This document shows positions 1 to 8,917 of a DNA stretch of 64,000 nucleotides, one piece after another (the stretch's first letter is position 1; each line of letters starts with the position of its first letter). The notes under the pieces are model-generated. The model was not told where the DNA came from and made no database searches. It was given only the letters and a program-made list of their open reading frames with translations. Both the position numbers and the translations under genes were made by a program. This DNA is from Nanobdellati archaeon. Lineage in GTDB: Archaea > EX4484-52 > GLR71. The stretch covers positions 168,663 through 232,662 of the forward strand of contig JAHYJR010000001.1 of NCBI GenBank assembly GCA_019429005.1, in the 5' to 3' direction.

Positions 1-1200
1 TTTTCCAATAAGATCTTTAACTTTAGTTGGCATATCAAATAATTTAGCATATTTGAGATTCATCTTATAATTCTCATAACCCCCAAAAACCTCATCACCC
101 CCTTCCCCCGCAAGTATAACTGTTACATCTTTTTTTGCAATCTTTGCAAGAAAATGATTAGGTATTACAGCTGCATCACCAACAGGCTCATCATAATAGT
201 TTATGATGTTTTTCCATTCTTTTTCAAGATTCTTTTCATTTATTTGTATCTCATGATGAATTGTTCCTACATGTTCACTTACAATTTTTGCATAAGGTAA
301 TTCAGAATTTTGATTATCAAAACCCATAGAATATGTATGAAAATCATATTCTATATGTTTTTTTGCGAGCGCAACCACGGAACTCGAATCTAACCCCCCC
401 GATAAAAAAGCACCAACGGGCACATCACTCAAAATCTGTTTTTCTGCAGAATCTTCAAGAAGTTTTCGAGCAGTATCAATATAATATTGTTCCGGATGCT
501 CTGTTTTATTTTCAACAATATTCCAATATTCGTTAATTTTTATATTATTTTTTGAATATATAATATATGTGCCGGGACTTAATTTTTTAATGTTTTTAAA
601 CATTGTTTCAGTTCCTGGGACGTAACCATAATTAAAATAAGAACTCATTACATCTATATTTAATTCTGGTTTAATATCTTGATATTTATTTATCGCTTTT
701 ATTTCCGAAGCAAAAATAAAGAGACCATCCACAAAATAATAATATAATGGTTTTATCCCTATATTATCTCTCGCTAGAATCAATTCTTTCTTTTTTGAAT
801 CCCAGATTGCAAATGCAAAAATACCATTTAACGAATTTAAAAAGGTTTTAATATTTTTTTCAGAATTTAAATTAGTTTTTGTGAATTCTTCATAAAGATG
901 AATTATCACTTCTGTATCAGAATTTGATTTAAATTTATGTCCTTTTTTTACCAGTTTATGTCTCAATTCTTTATAATTATAAATTTCTCCATTAAATGTA
1001 ATCCATATCGTTTCATCTTCATTAGACATTGGTTGTTTTCCATTTGTGCTTAAATCAATTATCGATAGACGTCTATGACCTAAAGAAATATTTTTATTGA
1101 TATATCTGCCATAACCATCAGGTCCTCTTTTTTGAAGTGTTTTACACATTTCTTTTAGTAATGTTTTATCTTCAAAATTAAAACCGCAAATACCACACAT
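1..1200 (-). CDS. asnB: Asparagine synthase (glutamine-hydrolysing)-family amidotransferase, 3' end beyond window start
   Basis: Not in ORF track. Reverse strand from ATG at 1200 reads MCGICGF...RGPD...LGHRRLSIIDL...NGEIYNY...FLSGGLDSS...GEGGDEVFGGY; Ntn Cys2 and synthetase motifs. Confidence 0.92.
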   Translation of the reverse strand, partial: MCGICGFNFEDKTLLKEMCKTLQKRGPDGYGRYINKNISLGHRRLSIIDLSTNGKQPMSNEDETIWITFNGEIYNYKELRHKLVKKGHKFKSNSDTEVIIHLYEEFTKTNLNSEKNIKTFLNSLNGIFAFAIWDSKKKELILARDNIGIKPLYYYFVDGLFIFASEIKAINKYQDIKPELNIDVMSSYFNYGYVPGTETMFKNIKKLSPGTYIIYSKNNIKINEYWNIVENKTEHPEQYYIDTARKLLEDSAEKQILSDVPVGAFLSGGLDSSSVVALAKKHIEYDFHTYSMGFDNQNSELPYAKIVSEHVGTIHHEIQINEKNLEKEWKNIINYYDEPVGDAAVIPNHFLAKIAKKDVTVILAGEGGDEVFGGYENYKMNLKYAKLFDMPTKVKDLIGK

Positions 1201-1249
1201 AATTAGTAATTATGTGCATCATTTATTTAAATAAATTGAGTATTAAGCT

Positions 1250-2296
1250 TTATTCAACAATTTTTAGAATCTTATTACCCCAATCAAACTCAAATTCTTT
1301 TTTCCGCACCAAACAAAGTTTTTGTATTTTTGAATAATTTTTAAATACAGCTTCAAGCCGTAATGTAATTGATCGAGCCGAATTAACCTCAAAAAGCAAT
1401 TCATCATAGTTTAATACTTCACGAATCCCTCCAACACCAGACCCGATACAAGGTGTATCACAACCAAGAGCTTCAAGTATGACGTTAGGACAACCTTCAG
1501 ATTGCGATGGTAATATCAATAGTTCAAATGAGTTAATATGATTTATTGCATCTTTACGCCAACCTAAAAATTCAACTTTGTTTTCAATATTTAATGTTTT
1601 TACTAATTTTTTAAGTTTTTCTTCTTCAGGACCAACACCAATTATAGTTAATTTTTTATGAATATTTGCTTTTGAAAATCCGCGAATTAACAAATCAACA
1701 TTTTTTAATTTATCTAATGTACCAACATAACCAATGTGATTATTAAGTATCTTTTGACCCACATGAATCTCAGGTATATTATTATATACAACATCAATTT
1801 TTTCGGAATCAATATTATATCGTGTAATTATTTTGTTTTTAAGATCTTCAGAGTTTGTAATGATCTTGTCTGCAGAATTAAATGTTATTTTTTGTATGAG
1901 TTTAGTAATAGCTATATTTCGTTTTTTAATCTGAGATTCAAGTAACCAGTCACCCCTAATTAATACAACTAAAGGCACATCAAATATTTTTTTGAGAATC
2001 GCACCTAAAAAACCATATACATCTCCAAAGACAATTATTTTATCAATATCTTCTTTTTTTATAACTAGGCTAGATTTAATTAGCATAGAAGAAAACAGAG
2101 TAAAATATCGTAGGTATGTGAATTTATGAAATAGTTTATTCTCGTTTAATTTATAGAATTGTCCTTTAATATTTAATTTTGTCGTTGAAACATAATATAT
2201 TTGATTTGCTGATTTCTCTAATGTGTCTAATAATGTAATTAATCGTTTTTTAAACCCCCCTTCAACATCAATCTGAAAAAATGTAAGCATTTTCAT
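1250..2296 (-). CDS. Glycosyltransferase family 4 (GT-B)
   Basis: YVGTLDKLKNVD, GVGPEEE, PSQSEGCPNVILEALG (EX7E) motifs. Confidence 0.9.
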   Translation of the reverse strand: MKMLTFFQIDVEGGFKKRLITLLDTLEKSANQIYYVSTTKLNIKGQFYKLNENKLFHKFTYLRYFTLFSSMLIKSSLVIKKEDIDKIIVFGDVYGFLGAILKKIFDVPLVVLIRGDWLLESQIKKRNIAITKLIQKITFNSADKIITNSEDLKNKIITRYNIDSEKIDVVYNNIPEIHVGQKILNNHIGYVGTLDKLKNVDLLIRGFSKANIHKKLTIIGVGPEEEKLKKLVKTLNIENKVEFLGWRKDAINHINSFELLILPSQSEGCPNVILEALGCDTPCIGSGVGGIREVLNYDELLFEVNSARSITLRLEAVFKNYSKIQKLCLVRKKEFEFDWGNKILKIVE

Positions 2297-2369
2297 ATTA
2301 ATTAAAGTATTTATAAATTATTTAACATTATCTAAAACAATTTAAAAACCGTTTTCTATAATATTACCT

Positions 2370-3200
2370 ATGAAAACCAGAATCTCTATGACAATATCAA
2401 AAGATCTTCTTAAAAAACTAGATTCTGTTGTAGATGGGGTTCAAGCAAGATCACGTTCCGAAGCAATTGAGAATATCTTAAACCTGTATCTTGATTCAAA
2501 TAAGGTTGCTGTTTTTCTTGCGGGTGGAAATAAAGATAACTTGAAGATTGATGGTGTTTATAAACCCTTAATTAAAATAGATGGACACTATTTAATTGAT
2601 TTTGCAATAGATAATCTCAAGAAAGCTGGATTTAGAAAAATATTTTGTATTGGGTCTGATGAAATCCTAAAAAAGATCTTCAAAGTTCTTGGAAATGGCG
2701 AAAACAACAACCTAAATATCACATATATTGAAGAAAATAAAGTACAAGGTAATGCGAAAACACTCCAGCTTGCAGAACAATACATAACCTCACCTTTTTT
2801 AGTAATACCAATAGACAATTATTTTGATTTTGATTTGAATAGTCTTTTTAGAAAACATATGCTTCATGATAGTCTTGCAACCGTTGCAGTTCAGGCGACA
2901 AGAGAAAATCTTTCAGACCTTGGTGTTGTTGAGATGTTGGGTGACAAGATTACAGGGTATGAAGAGTGTCCAAAAAATCCAAAAACGTTTATTGCATCAA
3001 CATCAATTGCAATTTATAATCCAAAAATTTTCAGTTATATTCCTAAAGGTGACATTAAGTGGGTCTTGCAGAAAGATGTTTTTCCAAAAATTGTAGCTGA
3101 ACATAAAATGTACGGTTGTATGGTTGGCGGTCCTAGATTAAATATACATACAAAAGACGACATAACAAGACTTAAAAAGATTATTTCTCATAAAAAGTAA
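2370..3200 (+). CDS. Ribbon-helix-helix (NikR/CopG-like) domain fused to a sugar-phosphate nucleotidyltransferase-like domain
   Basis: N-term RISMTISKDLLKKLD...SRSEAIENIL; then AVFLAGG...KPLIKI, EECP, GT-A-like remainder. Confidence 0.8.
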   Translation: MKTRISMTISKDLLKKLDSVVDGVQARSRSEAIENILNLYLDSNKVAVFLAGGNKDNLKIDGVYKPLIKIDGHYLIDFAIDNLKKAGFRKIFCIGSDEILKKIFKVLGNGENNNLNITYIEENKVQGNAKTLQLAEQYITSPFLVIPIDNYFDFDLNSLFRKHMLHDSLATVAVQATRENLSDLGVVEMLGDKITGYEECPKNPKTFIASTSIAIYNPKIFSYIPKGDIKWVLQKDVFPKIVAEHKMYGCMVGGPRLNIHTKDDITRLKKIISHKK

Positions 3201-3223
3201 TACTAAAGTATTACTTAGTATTA
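3196..3223. promoter_or_regulatory. Palindromic candidate operator upstream of the sugar operon
   Basis: AGTAATACT-AA-AGTATTACT perfect inverted repeat (3196-3215), with overlapping TAATACTAA/TTAGTATTA pair to 3223. Confidence 0.35.
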
Positions 3224-3269
3224 AACCGGTTTATATACTTAATACCAAATATTAAAATAAGTGATTTTT

Positions 3270-4199
3270 ATGGCAAAATATCTTGTAACAGGTGGCGCAG
3301 GTTTTATTGGTTCTAACATTGTTCGTGAACTTGTAAAACAAAAAGAGGAAGTTATTGTTATTGATAATCTTTTGACAGGGTATATTGAAAATATTTCAGA
3401 TATAATGGATAATATCAATTTTATTGAAGAGGATATAAGAGATTTTGATAAGATCAGACCACATTTTAACGGTGTTGATTATGTTCTTCATCAGGCAGCT
3501 TTACCTTCTGTACCAAAATCTTTATTAGACCCCATAAAATCAAACGATATAAATATTAATGGGACTTTGAATGTTCTTGAAGCATCAAAACAAGCGGGCG
3601 TAAAAAGATTAGTTTATGCTGCATCATCTTCAGCATATGGCGATACACCAACACTTCCAAAACGTGAGGATATGAAAATCAGTCCATTATCACCATACGC
3701 AGTATCTAAAGTTACAGGTGAACTTTATTCAAAAGTATATTCAAATGTTTTTGGTCTTGATACAGTCTCAATAAGATATTTCAACGTTTTTGGACCTAGA
3801 CAGGACCCAAATTCAGCATATGCAGCAGTAATTCCGAAATTCATAAAAAGCATGCTGAAAGGTGTTTCACCAACAGTATATGGTGATGGCACACAAACTA
3901 GGGATTTCACATTCATAAAAAATGTTGTGAATGCGAATATCTTAGCGACAAAAGTAAAAGAAAACCTGAATGGCGAGACTATAAATGTTGCATGTAATGA
4001 AAGAATAACATTAAATGAATTGGTCAATCTATTAAATAAACATCTTAATACGAATATAGAACCAGAATATGTTGATGAAAAAGCTGGAGATATCAAACAT
4101 TCTCTTGCAGATATCTCAAAAGCAAAACAATTGATTGGATATAGTCCAATCACATTTCTTGAAGAAGGTCTTAAAGAGACTATTAAATGGTATAATTAA
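3270..4199 (+). CDS. NAD-dependent UDP-GlcNAc(A) 4-epimerase (WbpP/TviC-like SDR)
   Basis: VTGGAGFIGS, HQAALPSVP, YAVSK (YxxxK), RYFNVFGPRQDPNSAYAAVIP; ATG 3270 after GTGA SD-like motif. Confidence 0.88.
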   Translation: MAKYLVTGGAGFIGSNIVRELVKQKEEVIVIDNLLTGYIENISDIMDNINFIEEDIRDFDKIRPHFNGVDYVLHQAALPSVPKSLLDPIKSNDININGTLNVLEASKQAGVKRLVYAASSSAYGDTPTLPKREDMKISPLSPYAVSKVTGELYSKVYSNVFGLDTVSIRYFNVFGPRQDPNSAYAAVIPKFIKSMLKGVSPTVYGDGTQTRDFTFIKNVVNANILATKVKENLNGETINVACNERITLNELVNLLNKHLNTNIEPEYVDEKAGDIKHSLADISKAKQLIGYSPITFLEEGLKETIKWYN

Positions 4200-4208
4200 G
4201 TGATAAGT

Positions 4209-5498
4209 ATGAATCAAAAAGTCTGTGTCTGCGGTCTAGGTTATGTCGGTCTTCCTCTTGCAATAGAATTTGCAAAAAATAATCAATATACAATTGGTTT
4301 TGATGTTGATTCTAAAAAGATAAATTTACTCAAATCAGGAAAAGATCCAATTGGTGAAATTGGAGATACTATTATAAGTGCTCTTGTAAAAAACAAAGTA
4401 ATAAATTTTACACAAAACCCCTCTGACATAAAAGAAGCCGATTTCGTGATAATGGCAGTACCAACACCAATCACAAAAAACAGAAAACCCGATTTATCTT
4501 ATGTTGAAGGTGTAGCAAAAACGGTCGGTCAGAACTTAAAAATGGGTGCAATTATAATTCTTGAATCAACAGTATATCCAGGTGTTACCGAAGATATCTT
4601 AGGACCAATTCTTGAAAAAGAGTCAGGAATGACTTGCGGCACAGATTTCAAAATTGGTTACTCTCCAGAACGTATAAACCCCGGAGATACAGAGCATACG
4701 ATTGATAAAGTGATAAAAGTCGTAAGCGGTATGGACGAAGATTCAACAGATAAGATTGCAACGTTATATAGGACTGTTGCAAAAGCAGGCGTGTTCAGAG
4801 CAAAAGACATAAAGACTGCTGAAGCCGCAAAAGTTATAGAAAACATTCAACGTGATTTGAATATCGCACTTACAAACGAATTATCAATTATTTTTGATAA
4901 AATGGGAATTGACACAAAATCCGTAATTGATGCAGCCGCAACAAAATGGAATTTTCATAGGTATACACCCGGTCTTGTAGGTGGTCATTGCATACCTGTT
5001 GATCCTTATTATCTTGTCCATAAGGCAGAAGAGTTAGGATATAATCCAAAAGTAATACTTGCAGGTAGGACTATAAATGATTACATGCCAAAACATGTTG
5101 CAGAACAAGCAATTAAATGCCTTAATTCCGCAGAAAAAATAATCAAAGGTTCAAAAGTGCTTATCGCAGGACTGACTTTCAAGGAAAATGTTAAAGATAC
5201 AAGAACATCTCCCGCAAAAGACATTATAAAATATCTTAATGAATTTGAGATTGATATCTATGGATATGATCCTCTTTTAACTGATGAAGAAATAAACTCA
5301 TTCGGAATCACGTCAGCAAATACACCTTTTGGTCAGTATGATGGAATAATCATTATGAGTCCTCATGAAGAAATCAAATCGATAAATCTTAAAGATCTTA
5401 AAAACAGCATGTCTGAAAACCCTGTCATAATTGATGTCAAAGGCAGTTTAAATTTTAATGATGTTAAGTCAAACGGGTTTATATATAAAAAATTATGA
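4209..5498 (+). CDS. UDP-N-acetylhexosamine 6-dehydrogenase (WbpO/TviB-like)
   Basis: GLGYVGLP, ESTVYPG, YSPERINPG, PGLVGGHCIPVDPYYL, GLTFKEN. Confidence 0.92.
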   Translation: MNQKVCVCGLGYVGLPLAIEFAKNNQYTIGFDVDSKKINLLKSGKDPIGEIGDTIISALVKNKVINFTQNPSDIKEADFVIMAVPTPITKNRKPDLSYVEGVAKTVGQNLKMGAIIILESTVYPGVTEDILGPILEKESGMTCGTDFKIGYSPERINPGDTEHTIDKVIKVVSGMDEDSTDKIATLYRTVAKAGVFRAKDIKTAEAAKVIENIQRDLNIALTNELSIIFDKMGIDTKSVIDAAATKWNFHRYTPGLVGGHCIPVDPYYLVHKAEELGYNPKVILAGRTINDYMPKHVAEQAIKCLNSAEKIIKGSKVLIAGLTFKENVKDTRTSPAKDIIKYLNEFEIDIYGYDPLLTDEEINSFGITSANTPFGQYDGIIIMSPHEEIKSINLKDLKNSMSENPVIIDVKGSLNFNDVKSNGFIYKKL

Positions 5499-5594
5499 TA
5501 AACATATCACAAAATCATAATAAATTCATAATATTTATTTAACAAGATTATAACATATTAAAAGATTGCAATAGACTATATTTATTAGATTTGG

Positions 5595-6746
5595 ATGAAA
5601 AAGACAATTTTGTTAACAGGTTCAAAAGAATATCCTTTTGGCACAAATCAAGGTGACGATTCAATCCCTTCAGGAGGTATTGAAGTATACACTACTCGTT
5701 TTGTGAAAGAGTTTTCAAAATATAAAAATATAAATCTAAAGATAATCACAAGAAAATTCAAAGGAACAAAATCTTATGAAAAAAAAGACAACATTGAAAT
5801 CTATCGTGTCAGTTGGATAAGGGGTTTTTTCTTAAGGAATATTTCGTTTAATTTTTTCTCATTTTTAAAATATTTAACTTTAGACTTTGATATCCTCTTT
5901 GCGACAGGACCCTTTGCAGTTCTTTTTGCTAAATTAACAAAATTACTAAAAAACAAGAAACTCGTCGCAAGACCTGCAGGAATCAGTTGCAGCCAACCAC
6001 AATACAATTCAATCTTAAGATTTGTTTTAAAACAAATTGAAATCTTAGCTTACAGAAATACGGATTGTATAGTATTTTTATCAAACGAAGAAAAAATCCA
6101 GTTCACAAAAAAGCTAGGTATCAAACCCCAAAAAGATACGATTATCCCAACTGGAATAAACATTACAGATTATGAGAATATAATTTCTGCTAAGATAAAA
6201 GATGAATTTAATCTGAAAGGAAAAACCGTTATAACTTTTATTGGACGATTGATTGAAGTTAAAGGTTTAAAATATTTGATTGATGCTGTAAAAGAAATCA
6301 AAAACAAAGACATTATAATACTTCTTGTGGGAGACGGTCCAGAAAGAATTAAATTAGAATCTTATGTTAAAAAGCAAGATTTAAAAGATAAAATAATTTT
6401 CACAGGCCAGAGATCTGATATTCCCGAGTTACTCGCATCAACAGATATTTTCATAATGCCAAGTTTGTCAGAAGGTTTACCTGCATCACTTCTTGAAGCA
6501 ATGGCGTCAGAAATACCCTCCGTTGTAACCGATATTGGACTTCCTGTTGAAAACAGAAAGACTGCTTTAGTTGTGCCATCTAAAGATTCAAAAGTTTTAG
6601 CAGATGCAATAGATGAATTGATTAAAGATCCTAAATTAGCAAGTGTTATTGGTAAAAATGCAAAAGTGCATATAAAAAACAATTTTTCATGGGATTACGC
6701 AGTTTTAAGATATAAGAAATTATTTGATAAATTATATGATAGATAA
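5595..6746 (+). CDS. Glycosyltransferase family 4
   Basis: GGIE, FIGRLIEVKG, PSLSEGLPASLLEAMA. Confidence 0.9.
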   Translation: MKKTILLTGSKEYPFGTNQGDDSIPSGGIEVYTTRFVKEFSKYKNINLKIITRKFKGTKSYEKKDNIEIYRVSWIRGFFLRNISFNFFSFLKYLTLDFDILFATGPFAVLFAKLTKLLKNKKLVARPAGISCSQPQYNSILRFVLKQIEILAYRNTDCIVFLSNEEKIQFTKKLGIKPQKDTIIPTGINITDYENIISAKIKDEFNLKGKTVITFIGRLIEVKGLKYLIDAVKEIKNKDIIILLVGDGPERIKLESYVKKQDLKDKIIFTGQRSDIPELLASTDIFIMPSLSEGLPASLLEAMASEIPSVVTDIGLPVENRKTALVVPSKDSKVLADAIDELIKDPKLASVIGKNAKVHIKNNFSWDYAVLRYKKLFDKLYDR

Positions 6747-6757
6747 AGGGATTTGTT

Positions 6758-8641
6758 ATGTGTGGTATATGCGGTTTTTATGGTCTTGAAGATAAACCAC
6801 TAATCAAAAAAATGACAAATATTTTATCGCACCGAGGTCCCGACGATTCTGGTTATTTTATAGACAAAAACATCACTCTTGCACACAGACGTCTTAGCAT
6901 AATTGATATTAAAGGTGGTCATCAACCTATACATAACGAGGATGAGACTGTTTGGGTTGTTTTTAATGGTGAAATTTATAATTATAAAGAATTGAGGGAA
7001 CGGTTAGAAAATAAAAATCACAAGTTTTATACAAATACAGATACTGAAACAATAATCCATGCATATGAAGAATTCGGCCTTGGTTTTGTAAAACATCTTG
7101 ACGGTGATTTTGCTTTTGCTCTTTATGATAAAAATAAGAAAAGACTGATTCTTGCACGAGATAAATTAGGTGTAAAACCAATATATTATTCGAATATAGA
7201 TGACAAATTGTTATTTGCATCAGAGATAAAATCGATTCTACAATATCCTGGTTTCAAAAGAACGTTAAATATGGATGCTGTAAACGAATTTTTCACATTC
7301 ACATATCCTATTGCACCAAACACAATGTTTCAGAATATACAAATGTTACCGCCCGCAACAATCCTTATTTATGAAAACAATAAAATCCTAACTAAAAAAT
7401 ATTGGACTTTTTCAATGAAAGATGAAATATTAACCGAAAACGAAATCATAAAAAAAATCAAAAGATATCTTAATGATGCAGTTGAGAAACGTATGTTCTC
7501 CGATGTGCCTATAGGTGCATTTCTTTCAGGTGGTCTTGATTCAAGTTATGTTGTAGCTCTTATGAGCAAATTTTCAGATAATCCTGTAAATACCTTTTCA
7601 GTGTCTTTTGGTGAATCTAGCGACGAGACTAAATTTGCAAAAATCATAGCAGACAAATTTGACACAAATCATAGAGAACTTAAAGTGGATTCTTCAAAAC
7701 CAAAATTATTGCCTGAAGTCACATGGCATCTTGATACGCCTGCAGCAGATGTTGCTGCAATACCAACATACCTTATGTCTGAAGTGACATCAAAATATGT
7801 TAAAGTTGTTTTAACCGGTGACGGTGGTGATGAGGTTTTTGGTGGTTATAAAAAATATGCTATACTTTCAAACTTAAACACATTGAAAAACAAGATTCCT
7901 ACTAATTTAAAGTCAAAGATAATATCTCTTGGTGCAATGAGTGGAAAGACAACTGTTCTAAGGAGATTATTTGATAACATATCATCCCTTTCAACTGAAG
8001 ATGAATATCTTTCATATATTTCAGCGTTTACAAATGATGAAAAATTGCAAGCATTACAACCAAGTATAACTGATCAATTTAATTTAGATTCAGCTAAAAA
8101 GGTAATTCAAAAACATTTCAACGAAAATATATCTTTTACAAATAACATGATGTTTTTTGATTTAAAGACATTGCTTCCAGATGATTATCTTATGAAGGTT
8201 GATAAGATGACAATGGCAAACTCTCTTGAAGCACGAGTACCTTTTCTTGACTCAAAATTAGTTGAATTTATGGCATCCCTCAATCCAAAATATAAAGTAA
8301 ACAATTTTTCAACAAAATACATATTCAAAAAAGTTCTCAAAGAGGAAGGAATACCAAGAACAATACTGAACCGTAAAAAACACGGATTTAATGTACCAAC
8401 ATCCTCATGGCTTGATGGCGAGTTGGGTGAGATTGTATCACAATTATTCTCATCAAGACATCGCAATCCATACATTAATTCGAGATACGCACGAAAAGTT
8501 ATTCAAGATTTTAACAAATCTAAGCGATATTACAGCAAGAAATTCTGGACACTTTTCACATTTGAAATTTGGCGCAGGATGTATTTTGAACAAGAAGATA
8601 TCAAAAAACCGTTATCTTTTGATAAGTTATTATCTTTGTAA
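6758..8641 (+). CDS. asnB: Asparagine synthase (glutamine-hydrolysing)-family amidotransferase
   Basis: MCGICG, HRGPD, HRRLSIID, FNGEIYN, LSGGLDSS, LEARVPFLD. Confidence 0.93.
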   Translation: MCGICGFYGLEDKPLIKKMTNILSHRGPDDSGYFIDKNITLAHRRLSIIDIKGGHQPIHNEDETVWVVFNGEIYNYKELRERLENKNHKFYTNTDTETIIHAYEEFGLGFVKHLDGDFAFALYDKNKKRLILARDKLGVKPIYYSNIDDKLLFASEIKSILQYPGFKRTLNMDAVNEFFTFTYPIAPNTMFQNIQMLPPATILIYENNKILTKKYWTFSMKDEILTENEIIKKIKRYLNDAVEKRMFSDVPIGAFLSGGLDSSYVVALMSKFSDNPVNTFSVSFGESSDETKFAKIIADKFDTNHRELKVDSSKPKLLPEVTWHLDTPAADVAAIPTYLMSEVTSKYVKVVLTGDGGDEVFGGYKKYAILSNLNTLKNKIPTNLKSKIISLGAMSGKTTVLRRLFDNISSLSTEDEYLSYISAFTNDEKLQALQPSITDQFNLDSAKKVIQKHFNENISFTNNMMFFDLKTLLPDDYLMKVDKMTMANSLEARVPFLDSKLVEFMASLNPKYKVNNFSTKYIFKKVLKEEGIPRTILNRKKHGFNVPTSSWLDGELGEIVSQLFSSRHRNPYINSRYARKVIQDFNKSKRYYSKKFWTLFTFEIWRRMYFEQEDIKKPLSFDKLLSL

Positions 8642-8917
8642 TCTGTATTTATCACTAAGATAATTTAATTATGTGTCTGAAAAACGTATAGTATATTACA
8701 TTTTAAGACTTATAGTACCTTTTTGTTTAATTAAACCATAATTATAAACAACAACAAGACCTTATGTAGTATACTATATAACAAACACCATAAACTTAGG
8801 TATTATATTACATAACTTTACAAACAAAAACAAATTAAGCCTTATAGAATGATATTTAGTTAACTTAAAAAATAACTAATTCCAATCTTTTTAATTCTCT
8901 ACATACAAATTAATACT

